A stretch of 64,000 nucleotides of DNA from an uncultured Syntrophaceae bacterium (GCA_964506465.1 CAZDLM010000002.1:92636-156635), one strand, 5' to 3'. Positions 39,376 through 48,863 are shown, numbered from the stretch's first letter. Program-made: numbers and translations. Notes: generated by a model not told the origin, from the letters alone.

Positions 39376-39550
39376 GGGAATGGCCTGCCCGTAGGGGCGC
39401 TTTGGAGATTTTTCGGGGCTCCTGCCTTCGCAGCGAAGCGGCGCCTTCGATGCCACTGTTTGAGGGCGCAAGCCCGAGTTTGGCGTCGGCCGCGCAGCGA
39501 GAAGCTGCAGGGTCGAAAAAGATCCAGGCGACCCGGGGCGGGACCTTCCC
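39376..39550 (+). ncRNA. Candidate ~175-nt rod-like structured RNA (6S-like architecture); identity unproven
   Basis: Read by hand: 39376-39416 pairs with 39513-39550 (about 33 pairs including several G-U pairs valid only on the + strand). Further helices are 39420-39429/39501-39512, 39438-39442/39489-39493 and 39449-39455/39481-39487. Internal bubble GCAGCGAA/GCAGCGA. Apical GGGC-GCAA-GCCC tetraloop hairpin at 39464-39475. Confidence 0.35.
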
Positions 39551-39581
39551 ATAACCTTCACCTCCATCGAAAGGATACGAT

Positions 39582-40508
39582 ATGCCTCCCTCCATCAGCT
39601 TCCAGGGCGTCTACCCGATTCTGGCGACGCCGTTCCGTGAAGACGAAGGCCTCGACCTCAAATCGCTCGACCGGCTCGTGCGCTTCATGGCCGACATCGG
39701 CGTCGACGGCGTCACCGTTCTCGGCGTCCTCGGCGAGGCGAACCGCCTGATCGACGCGGAGCGCGAGGCGGTGATCCGCGCGGCCGTCTCCGCTGCGGCC
39801 GGCCGCATTCCCGTCATCGTCGGCGCCAGCCACCCCGGCACGAGCGCCTGCCTCACGCTCTGCCGGACGGCGGAGAGGCTCGGCGCCGCTGCGGTCATGG
39901 TCGCGCCTTCGCAGGAACCTGTGCCGAACGAGGGCCGGACCTTCGAGTTCTACCGCCGCATCGCCGCCGGCGTCGGGATCCCTATGGTCGTTCAGGACCA
40001 CCCGGCATCGACGGGGGTTCATATGTCCGTGCCTCTTCTCCTGAAGCTCGTCGCCGAAATCCCGAATGTCGCCTGCATCAAGGGGGAAGCGCCTCCCACG
40101 CCGGTCAAGTTCGCCGCTCTGCGCGAAGGCATGAAGAGCCGTGAGGTACCCATCTTGACGGGGCTCGGCGCCCTGTACGGAATTTTCGATCTGGAGCGGG
40201 GATCGAGCGGATTCAACACCGGCTTCGCCTTCCCGGAGGTCCTGATCGCCATGGTCAGGGCGGCGAAGGGCGGAGACATCGAAAGGGCGCGGGAAATCTA
40301 CGCGCGTTTCCTGCCGCTCGTGGTCTTCGAGCAGCAGCCCGGGATCGCCGTGCGCAAGGAGATCCTGCGTCGGCGCGGCCTGATCGAAAGCGCCAGGGTG
40401 CGGCATCCCGGCGCCGGCCTCGACGCCGGCGCGGCCGCGCAGGTTCACGCCCTGCTCGACCGGCTCCTGCCCGGTGTGGACCTGACAGCGCCCCTGGTCA
40501 TCGACTGA
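39582..40508 (+). CDS. DHDPS/NAL-family (DapA-like) class I aldolase/lyase
   Basis: GVYPILATPFREDEGLDLKSLDRLV...GVTVLGVLGEANRL and a Lys-bearing strand VACIKGEAP. Fold family is clear; substrate is not. Confidence 0.85.
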   Translation: MPPSISFQGVYPILATPFREDEGLDLKSLDRLVRFMADIGVDGVTVLGVLGEANRLIDAEREAVIRAAVSAAAGRIPVIVGASHPGTSACLTLCRTAERLGAAAVMVAPSQEPVPNEGRTFEFYRRIAAGVGIPMVVQDHPASTGVHMSVPLLLKLVAEIPNVACIKGEAPPTPVKFAALREGMKSREVPILTGLGALYGIFDLERGSSGFNTGFAFPEVLIAMVRAAKGGDIERAREIYARFLPLVVFEQQPGIAVRKEILRRRGLIESARVRHPGAGLDAGAAAQVHALLDRLLPGVDLTAPLVID

Positions 40509-40564
40509 CAGGCTGTGGTATCCGGCAGCGATCGTCGTTCTACGGCTGCGCCTCGGGATGTCCG

Positions 40565-41392
40565 TCAGAATTTGTTGCTGCGGAGGAACTTCGCGGCGTT
40601 CTTGAAGAGGGCGAGCCCCATCCCCTCCTCGGGGAGGTCCTCGCGGGTCCAGCGGGGATGGTTGGTCCGGTGCAGGTAGGCCTCCGGATGAGGCATCAGG
40701 CCTAGGATCCGGCCCGTCTCGCTGCAGATCCCGGCGATCGCATCCTGGGCGCCGTTGGGATTGGCGGGATAGTCCATCGTCGGCATGCGGCAGTCTTCAT
40801 GGCTGTATTGGAGGGCGATCCGGTCGTCGCGGTGCAGTCGCTCCAAGGTCTGCTTGTCCCCGGCGATGAATTTCCCCTCGCCGTGGCGGACCGGCAGGTA
40901 GAGGCTCTCGATGCCCTTCGTGAAGACGCAGGGAGACAGGCCGTTCACTCGCAAATAGACCCAGCGGTCTTCGAAGCGGCCGGAGTCGTTGTAGGAAAGC
41001 GTCACAGACTGGGTGGTGTAGTCGCCGTCGAAGCCGGGAAGCATGCCGAGTTTGACGAGCAATTGGAAGCCGTTGCAGGCGCCGAGGATCAGCTTCCCGT
41101 CAGCGATGAAGCGCGAGAACTGCTCGAAGAGGTGCTCTTCTTGCCCGGCGACGCGCGCGTGAAGAATCCGGTTGGCCGCCGCCTTCGCCGACCCCAGGTC
41201 ATCGCCGTCCAGAAAGCCTCCCGGCAGGTTCAGAAACGAGTAGCCGTCGAGACTCACCCTGCCGCAGAGCAGTTCGCTGATGTGCACGATATCGACGCGA
41301 TCGAATCCCGCCAAGCGGCAGGCATGCGCCATCTCCACTTCGCAATTCGTGCCGTTTCCCGTGATGACGATGGAACTGAGTTTCCTGTGCAT
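40565..41392 (-). CDS. purQ: FGAM synthase glutamine amidotransferase subunit (large-PurL-type glutaminase domain as a separate protein)
   Basis: ORF 40565..41443 trimmed to ATG (complement 41390-41392). The 17 upstream codons lie in a palindromic repeat. Nucleophile elbow GACNGFQLL and MPHPE. Confidence 0.85.
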   Translation of the reverse strand: MHRKLSSIVITGNGTNCEVEMAHACRLAGFDRVDIVHISELLCGRVSLDGYSFLNLPGGFLDGDDLGSAKAAANRILHARVAGQEEHLFEQFSRFIADGKLILGACNGFQLLVKLGMLPGFDGDYTTQSVTLSYNDSGRFEDRWVYLRVNGLSPCVFTKGIESLYLPVRHGEGKFIAGDKQTLERLHRDDRIALQYSHEDCRMPTMDYPANPNGAQDAIAGICSETGRILGLMPHPEAYLHRTNHPRWTREDLPEEGMGLALFKNAAKFLRSNKF

Positions 41393-41407
41393 ATTGTCTT
41401 CTCGATG

Positions 41408-41471
41408 GATGTCACCCTTCGACGGGCTCAGGGTGACATCCATCTGTCATGCTGAGCTTGTCGAAGCATGA
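41408..41471. repeat. Intergenic palindromic (REP-like) elements between purL and purQ
   Basis: Perfect 11-bp stem GATGTCACCCT (41408-41418) / AGGGTGACATC (41430-41440). Second hairpin TCATGC (41447-41452) / GCATGA (41466-41471). Direct repeat CTGAGCTTG.CGAAG.AT occurs twice. Confidence 0.55.
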
Positions 41472-41522
41472 GCCAAGTTTATCCTGAGCTTGCCGAAGTA
41501 TCGAAGGGCGACATAGCCAATC

Positions 41523-44500
41523 TTAAAACGCGAGAGTCTCCTGCCAGGCTTTCTTGAGTCCGGCAATCGGCTCCTCGATCACCATCTTCCCCGACAACCC
41601 TTCGACCCGCAGCAGCGGCGCCTCCGTGACAACGCCGACCCTGCCGACCGCGCAACGCCCCATTGCCTTCTCGAAGGCCTTCCGGAAGCGCGGCGCGACG
41701 GTGACGACGAAACGGCTCGCCGATTCGGAAAAGAGCAGATCGTCCTCGCGCTCGCATCCCTCCGCGGGAACCTCCTTCAGGGAAATCTCCAGGCCGAACC
41801 CGCCGGCGAATGCCGTCTCGGCCAAGGCTGCGCCCAGCCCGCCGTCCGAGCAGTCATGACAGGAGGCGACGAGCCCCCGGTCGATCGCGCCGCTCAGGGC
41901 CTCGTAGAGCGGTTTCGCCTCTTCGATCCGCACCTGCGGAACGCCGTTCCCGATAAAGCCGTGCCGGGCGAACCACTCGGAACCGCCAAGCTCTCTGCGG
42001 GTCTTGCCCAGGACATAGACGAGGTCGCCCGGACGCTTGGCGTCCATGGTGACCGCCTTCCGAACGTCCTCCATCAGCCCCAGGGCGGAGAAGAGGAGCG
42101 TCGGCGGGATCGAGATCTTCACGTCGCCGATCATGTAGTCGTTCTTCATGCTGTCCTTGCCGGAGATGCAGGGAACGCCGAAGGCCGTCGTGTATTCGTA
42201 CAGGGCCTTGTTGGCCCGGACGAGCTGCGCCAGCTTGTATTCCCCGTCGGGCGTTTTTTCGGACTGCACGGGATCGCACCAGCAGAAGTTGTCCAATACG
42301 GCGATCCGCTTCAGGTTCCCGCCGACGGCGACGGCGTTGCGAAGCGCCTCGTCCAGCGCGCAGGCGGCCATGGCATAGGCGTCGATGTCGCCGTACCGGG
42401 GGCAGATGCCGTTGGAGACGATGATCCCCGCGAAGGAATCCAGCAGCGGGCGGACGACGGCCGCGTCGCCGGGCCCGTCATTTTCGGCGCCCACCAGAGG
42501 TTTGATGACGCTCCCGCCCTGGACCTCGTGGTCGTATTGGCGGACGACGGACTCTTTGCTGCAGAGGTTCAGACGCGAAAGCATCCCCTTCAACTCTTCC
42601 CCGAGATTCCCGGGCGCGGCGAAACTCGGTTCGGGATGGCGGGGCGGCGTCCAGACCGCCTTGAGCTGCATCGGGGGAAGCCCGGCGTGCAGGAAATCCA
42701 TGTCGAGGAAGGCGACGGTCTTCTCGCCGTAGCGCACGTGGAATTTCCCGCTGTCCGTATAGCGGCCCAGCACGGTCGCCTCCACATCCATCTTCTTCGC
42801 GAGGGCGAGGAAGTCCTCGATCTTGCCCGGTTCGACGGCCAGCGTCATCCGCTCCTGAGACTCGGAGATGAGGATCTCCCAGGGGTTCAGGCCCGCGTAT
42901 TTCAGCGGCGCCTTCTTGAGGTCGATCTCGCAGCCGCCGGAGAGCCGCGCCGTTTCCCCAACCGAGGAGGACAGGCCGCCGGCGCCGTTGTCGGTGATGC
43001 AGCGGTACAGACCGAGGTCGCGTGCCTTGAGGAGGAAATCCGTCATCTTCTTCTGCGTGATGGGGTCCCCGATCTGCACGGCCGTAACGGGCGATCCCTC
43101 GTGGAGTTCCTCGGAGGAGAAGGTCGCGCCGTGAATTCCGTCCTTGCCGATGCGCCCGCCCGTCATCACGATCAGGTCTCCGGGGAGGATCTCCTTCAGA
43201 TGGCTCGGCCGCCCTGCGATCCGGGAGGGCATGATGCCGCCCGTCCCGCAGTAGACGAGAGGCTTTCCCAGGTAGCGCTCGTCGAAGACGAGGCAGCCGT
43301 TCACCGTGGGGATGCCGCTCTTGTTGCCGCCGTGCTCGACGCCCTCGCGCACGCCCTCGTAGATCCGGCGGGGGTGAAGGATGCGTTTGGGGAGCGGCTT
43401 GTCATAGTTGGGCGGCGCAAAGCAGAAGACGTCCGTATTGAAGATGAGCTTCGCCCCGCGGCCCGTCCCGAAGGGGTCCCGGTTCACGCCGACGATGCCG
43501 GTGAGCGCGCCGCCATACGGGTCCAGCGCCGACGGAGAGTTGTGCGTTTCGACCTTGAAGACCAGGCTCCAGTCGTCGTTGAATTTCACGACGCCCGCAT
43601 TGTCCGTGAAAACCGAAAGCAGCCAGTCGCCGGCGCCAAGGTCCTCGCGGATCTTCTGCGTCGAGCCCTTGATGTACGTGTCGAAGAGCGAGTCGATTCG
43701 CTCGGCGCGCTTCCGCCCGTCCCTGTAGGTGATGACGGCGTTGAAGATCTTGTGTTTGCAGTGCTCCGACCAGGTCTGCGCCAGGCACTCGAGCTCGGCG
43801 TCCGTGGCAAGGCACGCGAGGCCGACTTTCTCCCTCGCTTTGCCCACGGCCGGATCGCGCAGATAGTCCCGGATGATCTTCATCTCCTGCAGCGTCAGGG
43901 CCAGCATGCCGTCGGCGCTGATCCGCTGAAGCTCGGCATCGGAGACGTGAAGATCGATGAAATCGACCTGGGGACAGTCCGTGCCGGTCACATGCGGAAC
44001 GTAGGGCGCGATCCCCCGGTCGGGATTCCACGTCCTGCCGTCGACAATCTCGAATCGCTCGATCAATTCGTTCGCCAGAAGGTTGGTCGCGATCTTTTCG
44101 ATATCCGCCCGGGTCAGGACGTCCAGGACGCAGCGGTCCCGCACGGCCGTAATGAGGTACTGACGCGATGTGTAGACCGGAATGGCCCGCTCGCCTCTTT
44201 TCCCGAGGAGGAGTCCGATCGCCTCACGCGCCGTTTTTCCGACGTTGTCCGTGACGCCGGGCCGGTAGCCGACCTCGATCAGCCAGTCGAAGCTCCCCGA
44301 CGGCGCGAGTCCGCGGTCGATCGCGGCCGTCTGGATGACGGGATCGGAAAGAGGCCCACGGGCCGCGCGGTTCAGCGACTCGGAATCGAGATCGCCGTCG
44401 AGCGTATAAACTTCGACCGTCCGGACACGGTCGACGGGAATGCACAGGTGTTCGACGATCCGGCGTTTGATCTTCTCTCCGAGGGCGTCGCGGATGCCCT

Positions 44501-44531
44501 CCTTCAATCCGATTTCGATGCGATGCGCCAT
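41523..44531 (-). CDS. purL: Phosphoribosylformylglycinamidine synthase, large synthetase subunit with N-terminal PurS-like region
   Basis: 1002 aa. Duplicated AIR-synthase-related (PurM-like) domains with typical FGAM synthase stretches (ETHNSPSALDPYGGA, DNGAGGLSS). No glutaminase domain. Confidence 0.9.
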   Translation of the reverse strand: MAHRIEIGLKEGIRDALGEKIKRRIVEHLCIPVDRVRTVEVYTLDGDLDSESLNRAARGPLSDPVIQTAAIDRGLAPSGSFDWLIEVGYRPGVTDNVGKTAREAIGLLLGKRGERAIPVYTSRQYLITAVRDRCVLDVLTRADIEKIATNLLANELIERFEIVDGRTWNPDRGIAPYVPHVTGTDCPQVDFIDLHVSDAELQRISADGMLALTLQEMKIIRDYLRDPAVGKAREKVGLACLATDAELECLAQTWSEHCKHKIFNAVITYRDGRKRAERIDSLFDTYIKGSTQKIREDLGAGDWLLSVFTDNAGVVKFNDDWSLVFKVETHNSPSALDPYGGALTGIVGVNRDPFGTGRGAKLIFNTDVFCFAPPNYDKPLPKRILHPRRIYEGVREGVEHGGNKSGIPTVNGCLVFDERYLGKPLVYCGTGGIMPSRIAGRPSHLKEILPGDLIVMTGGRIGKDGIHGATFSSEELHEGSPVTAVQIGDPITQKKMTDFLLKARDLGLYRCITDNGAGGLSSSVGETARLSGGCEIDLKKAPLKYAGLNPWEILISESQERMTLAVEPGKIEDFLALAKKMDVEATVLGRYTDSGKFHVRYGEKTVAFLDMDFLHAGLPPMQLKAVWTPPRHPEPSFAAPGNLGEELKGMLSRLNLCSKESVVRQYDHEVQGGSVIKPLVGAENDGPGDAAVVRPLLDSFAGIIVSNGICPRYGDIDAYAMAACALDEALRNAVAVGGNLKRIAVLDNFCWCDPVQSEKTPDGEYKLAQLVRANKALYEYTTAFGVPCISGKDSMKNDYMIGDVKISIPPTLLFSALGLMEDVRKAVTMDAKRPGDLVYVLGKTRRELGGSEWFARHGFIGNGVPQVRIEEAKPLYEALSGAIDRGLVASCHDCSDGGLGAALAETAFAGGFGLEISLKEVPAEGCEREDDLLFSESASRFVVTVAPRFRKAFEKAMGRCAVGRVGVVTEAPLLRVEGLSGKMVIEEPIAGLKKAWQETLAF

Positions 44532-44784
44532 AGCCCTTTTTCAAAAAATCGTTTGCTGACGGCCGTCCTTCCGAAAGCGCTGCGGTTCAATGGCCGCGGC
44601 GATTTCCCCTGCTTGTGTCCTTCTCTCCCGCACCGGTCCTCGCCTGTAATCGCCCGCTTTGCCGGGCCTGCGCTCTCGCGAAGGTGCTTCTTCCTACCCC
44701 AGGAGACGGAAATTTGCAATGGGACTTCTCCGGATGGGACCCGCGGATGCGATCCTCCCCTGGCGGTGCGACCTCCCCCGCAGT

Positions 44785-45633
44785 TCAGATCTCACGCGTC
44801 CCGAAAGCCGTAATCAACGTGCCGCCGAGACTGACGGTAATGGCGACGAGCTTCAACAGAATCCCGAAATAGGGAACCCAGCCGACGACCATCAGCAGGA
44901 CAACCCCCCACATAACATCGCGGAAGGGACCGGGGATGGGGGAACGGAAGAGACGACCCCGTATCTTTCTGCCGATCATCATGGCGAGCGCGGTCAGTCC
45001 CGGCAGGATCAGACACAGGACAAGAAACGGGATCCAGAGCAGAAGGAAAATGCCGATCACGGAAATGACGAGCAGGATGATCAAATTGACGATGAGAACC
45101 CCGCCGAGGACTCCCCAGAAAGTCACGCGGACTGGGTTCCGCGCAATGGCTTCGCCGATGGCGTTCACATGCCGGGGAGCGAATGTCACGAGGAGAAAGG
45201 AGAGAAGGAGGACCGCTGTGAAGATCAACAGGGAAATAACGGCGAAGACCCAGGACCAGCCCTCCCAGTCTCCGCTCAAGGCCTCGGAAATGGCGGCGGA
45301 CATATTGGAGGTGTTGATCTCGGTCAGATCTCCGCCGACTTCCGCACCTCGGGCAGCCACGACAATGCCGCCGATCGCGACGACATTGCCCTCCACGGAA
45401 GCGCCCTTGCCCAGGACGACAGAGCCCCCGATCGCCACGGCATGACCCGTCACCGTGCCATCGACGGTGAGCTGTCCCCATACGGTCACGGCGTGATGTA
45501 CGGTTTTTCCCTCTTCCACCGTGGCATCGGAGCCGATCCTGAAAAGGCTCTTTGGATGCGCCGAGGCATCGGCTGACGTCGAGAACGCGACAAGAAGGAG
45601 CAGAATCATGAGCGGCAGTCGTCCGATTTTCAA
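44785..45633 (-). CDS. Hypothetical secreted/membrane protein with Gly/Val-rich beta-helix-like repeats and four C-terminal TM helices
   Basis: TTG start. Signal peptide MKIGRLPLMILLLLVAFSTSADA. Repeats VTVWGQLTVDGTVTGHAVAIGGSVVLGKGASVEGNVVAIGGIVV (bactofilin-like periodicity), then hydrophobic helices. Confidence 0.6.
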   Translation of the reverse strand: MKIGRLPLMILLLLVAFSTSADASAHPKSLFRIGSDATVEEGKTVHHAVTVWGQLTVDGTVTGHAVAIGGSVVLGKGASVEGNVVAIGGIVVAARGAEVGGDLTEINTSNMSAAISEALSGDWEGWSWVFAVISLLIFTAVLLLSFLLVTFAPRHVNAIGEAIARNPVRVTFWGVLGGVLIVNLIILLVISVIGIFLLLWIPFLVLCLILPGLTALAMMIGRKIRGRLFRSPIPGPFRDVMWGVVLLMVVGWVPYFGILLKLVAITVSLGGTLITAFGTREI

Positions 45634-45735
45634 TTCAGTCCCCCAAACCTCTCACACCCTCTGCCTGGCCGTGTGTTTCAAGCTCCCATCGCTTAAGAGC
45701 GCGTAGTATAGGAAAAGGGACAGGTCCCTGTCAAC

Positions 45736-45779
45736 GACAAACAAAAAAACCGGGGGAATCCGACGGTGGATTCCCCCGG
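45736..45779 (-). terminator. Rho-independent terminator of the minus-strand TRAP/C4-dicarboxylate transcription unit
   Basis: Perfect 12-bp stem CCGGGGGAATCC (45750-45761) / GGATTCCCCCGG (45768-45779) with a 6-nt loop. On the minus strand it is followed by TTTTTTTGTTTG. Lies 33 nt downstream of the dctM stop. Confidence 0.75.
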
Positions 45780-45811
45780 CAACGCAAGGGGGTGAAATGT
45801 GAAGCGTGAAA

Positions 45812-47092
45812 CTACATCCTCATTCTCGAAGGCAGGAACGTGGAAAGATCCGGCCAGACGACGAAGAGGATCAGGGCGGCGACCATGATCATAAGGAAGG
45901 GCCAGACACCCTTGACCACTTCCTCCAGTTTTTCCTTGGCCATCGCCGAGACGACAAAGAGATTGAGGCCGACCGGCGGCGTGATCATGGCCAGTTCCAT
46001 GTTGACGGTCATGACGACGCAGAACTGGACGATGGGGATATCCAGCGCCCGGATGACGGGCAGCAGGATGGGCAGCGTGATCAGGGTGATTGACACGGCC
46101 TCGAGGAAAGTCCCCATGACGAAGAACATGAGCTGCGTCACGAAGAAGAACATCCATTTGCTGACCTTCGCCGCCGTGATCGCCAGCAGCACCTGCTGCG
46201 GAATCTGCTTCGCCGTCAGGAAGAGCGAAAAGACCATGGCCGCGGCGATGATGAGGTAGATCATCGAGGAGATGTTGATCGATTCCACGAGGATCTTCCG
46301 GATGCCGCCCCACTTCAGTTCACGATAGACGAAGATGGAGACGATCAGCGTGTAGAAAACCGAAAGAACGGCCGCCTCCGTCGGGGTGACGATGCCCGAA
46401 TAGATGCTGCCCAGGATGAAGAAAGGCAGGAACATGCCGGGGAGGGCCTTGAAAGTGGCTTTCTGGCGCTCTGGCCACGTCGCCTTGGCGGTCTTCGTCA
46501 TCTTCTGCCGTTGGGCATAAATGACCGCACTCACGACGAGGATGCCGGCCAGGATGATGCCCGGGATCATCCCCGCGGCGAAAAGTTCGCCGATGGAATA
46601 CTCGGCGACGATGCCGAAGATGACCATGGTCACGCTTGGCGGGATGAGGATGCCGAGCGTTCCCGAGGCGGCCACGAGTCCCATGGCGTAGCGCTTCGAG
46701 TAGCCGTTCTCGATCATCGCCGGGAGCATGATGGCGCCGATGGCCGCCGCCGTCGCCGGGCTCGATCCCGAAATCGCGGCGAAGATCGCACAGGCGCAGA
46801 TGGTCACGACGGCCAGGCCGCCAGGAAGATGCCCGACCCAAGTACGCAGGGCGGCGATGAGGTATTTGGAGATTCCGCCGTGGGACATGACGACGCCGGC
46901 GAAGACGAAGGACGGAATCGCCAGGAGCGGCGGAGACAGCAGCGCCGCAAACATCCGCTGGGCGATCATGTAGAGGCTAAAATCCGTGGTGGTCGCTAGG
47001 ACGATGATCGCCGCCGTGGCAAGAGCGACAGCGATGGGAACGTTCAGGCAGAAGAGAAAGATGAATATCCCGAAGAGAATCGCAGTTTCCAT
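45812..47092 (-). CDS. dctM: TRAP transporter large permease
   Basis: 426 aa, about 12 TM helices, DctM-like throughout. ATGA overlap with dctQ. Confidence 0.9.
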   Translation of the reverse strand: METAILFGIFIFLFCLNVPIAVALATAAIIVLATTTDFSLYMIAQRMFAALLSPPLLAIPSFVFAGVVMSHGGISKYLIAALRTWVGHLPGGLAVVTICACAIFAAISGSSPATAAAIGAIMLPAMIENGYSKRYAMGLVAASGTLGILIPPSVTMVIFGIVAEYSIGELFAAGMIPGIILAGILVVSAVIYAQRQKMTKTAKATWPERQKATFKALPGMFLPFFILGSIYSGIVTPTEAAVLSVFYTLIVSIFVYRELKWGGIRKILVESINISSMIYLIIAAAMVFSLFLTAKQIPQQVLLAITAAKVSKWMFFFVTQLMFFVMGTFLEAVSITLITLPILLPVIRALDIPIVQFCVVMTVNMELAMITPPVGLNLFVVSAMAKEKLEEVVKGVWPFLMIMVAALILFVVWPDLSTFLPSRMRM

Positions 47093-47616
47093 CAGACGAT
47101 CGCTCCTTTCTCCATGCCGTCGCTCCAGGCCTTTCCGCCGTCCTTGAACATGAAGAGGAGCTTCTGCAGGAAGCGGGCGCCGAACATGATCCCGCTAACC
47201 GGCATGACGAAATTGACGATCCACAGGGGGAACATGCTGTCCGTAGAACCCTGGCCTGTCTGCCAGTAGTCGGCCACAAGCAGGATGCCAAAGTACGTGT
47301 AGAAAACGCAGAATGCCAGGCCGAGGCTGTGGGCGAACATGCTGACGTAGCGCTTCAGCCAGACCGGCATCATGTCATAGAACATATCCACCTTGATATG
47401 GTGGTTCGTCCGGAGGGCGACGGACATGCCGATAAACGTACCCCACACGACGAAATAGACGGAAAACTCATCCAGAAGCGAATGCGGCATTCCCCAGACG
47501 TAACGCAACGTAACATTGATCATGATGAGCGTCAGACCGATAAAGAGGAGGAGGCCCGACGTCCATTCTTCGAAGGCTTCGTAGAATCTCGACCATTTAC
47601 TTTTTTCCGCACCCAT
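47092..47616 (-). CDS. dctQ: TRAP transporter small permease
   Basis: 174 aa, 4 TM helices. Position between dctP and dctM. Confidence 0.85.
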   Translation of the reverse strand: MGAEKSKWSRFYEAFEEWTSGLLLFIGLTLIMINVTLRYVWGMPHSLLDEFSVYFVVWGTFIGMSVALRTNHHIKVDMFYDMMPVWLKRYVSMFAHSLGLAFCVFYTYFGILLVADYWQTGQGSTDSMFPLWIVNFVMPVSGIMFGARFLQKLLFMFKDGGKAWSDGMEKGAIV

Positions 47617-47693
47617 CGTTCAAAAACCTCCGCAAGCAAAAGGGAGATAAAGAACGGGGCGGGCCGCTTTCGCAACCCGCCCCGCGATCGCCG

Positions 47694-48719
47694 TTACTTC
47701 AAACTCATGGCATATTCGATATTGTCTTTCCCAATCTTGCTTTCGTACTGTTTGTACAGAGGACTCAGGGCCTTGATGAACTCCTGCCGTTCAGCCGGCG
47801 TGAGGGTGTAGATCTGCACGCTCTTGTCCTTCTTCATGATCTCCAAGCTCTTGGTGTCCATTTCCATCGACAGTTTTCTTTCATACTCGGTGGCCGCGTC
47901 CATGGCCGCCATGAAGATCTTCTGCTGGTCCGGCTTCAGGCTATCCCAGAACTTCACGTTCGTCAGGACGGAATAGTCGATGCGGGTGAAGTTGCCGATA
48001 GTGAGGTACTTGGCGACTTCGTAGAATTTCTGGGTTTCGTGGTTGTTGAAGGTGTTGTCCAGTCCGTCGATGGCATGGCTGTTGAGGGCCTGGTAGACTT
48101 CGGCAAATGCCATCGTCTGCGAGCCGGCGCCCAGGGCCTTGTTGCGGGCATCGAGCAAGCCGCCGCTCTGGACGCGGAGTTTCAGGCCTTTGAAATCGGC
48201 CGGTTTCTTCAGGGGGCGTTTGGCGTTGAGGAACTGCGTGAAGCCGTTCGGCCAATGGGCGAGGCCGAGGAATCCGGCGCGGCGCAAGGAGTTGAAGAGC
48301 GTCTTGCCCTTTTCGGATTTCCAGAATGCCGCAACCGCGTCGTCGGTGGCAAACAGGAAGGGCATGTCGACGATCTGGAACTGGGGGTTGAAGCCGACCA
48401 GCTTGGTCATGGAGGGCGCGATCAACTGGACGTTGTTCGCGCGCAGGGCCTCGAGTTCCTCCTTGTCGCCGTACAACTGCGAGGAGGGGAAAACCTTCAC
48501 GTCGAAGATCCCGCTCTTGTCGAGGATCTCCTTGAACTTCATCGACGCCTGTCCTTTCGGCGTCAAGTCCGCGACAACATGGGAGAATTTTACTTCGATC
48601 TTCTTTTCGGCTGCGATGGCGGACGTAGCCACAAACATCATTGCAAGACAAAGCACTGCCGCCAGACCCAACCACTTCTTCGCGGTAAGACTTTTCATCG
48701 ACATCCTCCTTTTTTTCAA
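47694..48719 (-). CDS. dctP: TRAP transporter substrate-binding protein (DctP family)
   Basis: Signal peptide ending SAIAAEKK. KFSHVVADLTPKGQASMKFKEIL...VFPSSQLYGDKEELEALRANNVQL, typical of DctP. Confidence 0.9.
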   Translation of the reverse strand: MKKRRMSMKSLTAKKWLGLAAVLCLAMMFVATSAIAAEKKIEVKFSHVVADLTPKGQASMKFKEILDKSGIFDVKVFPSSQLYGDKEELEALRANNVQLIAPSMTKLVGFNPQFQIVDMPFLFATDDAVAAFWKSEKGKTLFNSLRRAGFLGLAHWPNGFTQFLNAKRPLKKPADFKGLKLRVQSGGLLDARNKALGAGSQTMAFAEVYQALNSHAIDGLDNTFNNHETQKFYEVAKYLTIGNFTRIDYSVLTNVKFWDSLKPDQQKIFMAAMDAATEYERKLSMEMDTKSLEIMKKDKSVQIYTLTPAERQEFIKALSPLYKQYESKIGKDNIEYAMSLK

Positions 48720-48863
48720 AAAAAGTTAAACGTTTTCCAACCTTGCAGCACGATACGAATATTCTTAGCGCCGCCGGAATCAGCGGCGCCCCCCCCTCGT
48801 TCTTGCGTCTTCGGTTGTCTCGATCACCTCCTCGAATAGATATTTTCTTATCCGGATCAGTCC

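Noticed and set aside
41393-41443. 17-codon N-terminal extension of purQ (MDVTLSPSKGDIHREDN)
   Set aside because: It lies entirely within the perfect palindromic repeat. The downstream ATG gives a normal glutaminase N-terminus.
44578-44601. tRNA-like T-arm (GCGG-TTCAATGG-CCGC)
   Set aside because: No acceptor, D or anticodon arms can be drawn from the flanking sequence. It is just a short hairpin.
44532-44784. ZTP or purine riboswitch in the purL leader
   Set aside because: Only a partial CCGCCAGGG match to the ZTP pseudoknot strand, on the minus strand right after the upstream gene stop. There is no upstream GGGUCGUGAC-type domain and no purine-riboswitch junction sequence.
41856-44813. 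985-aa ORF on the + strand
   Set aside because: Antisense to purL, with the same biased composition and no motifs. purL on the minus strand has unmistakable FGAM synthase signatures.
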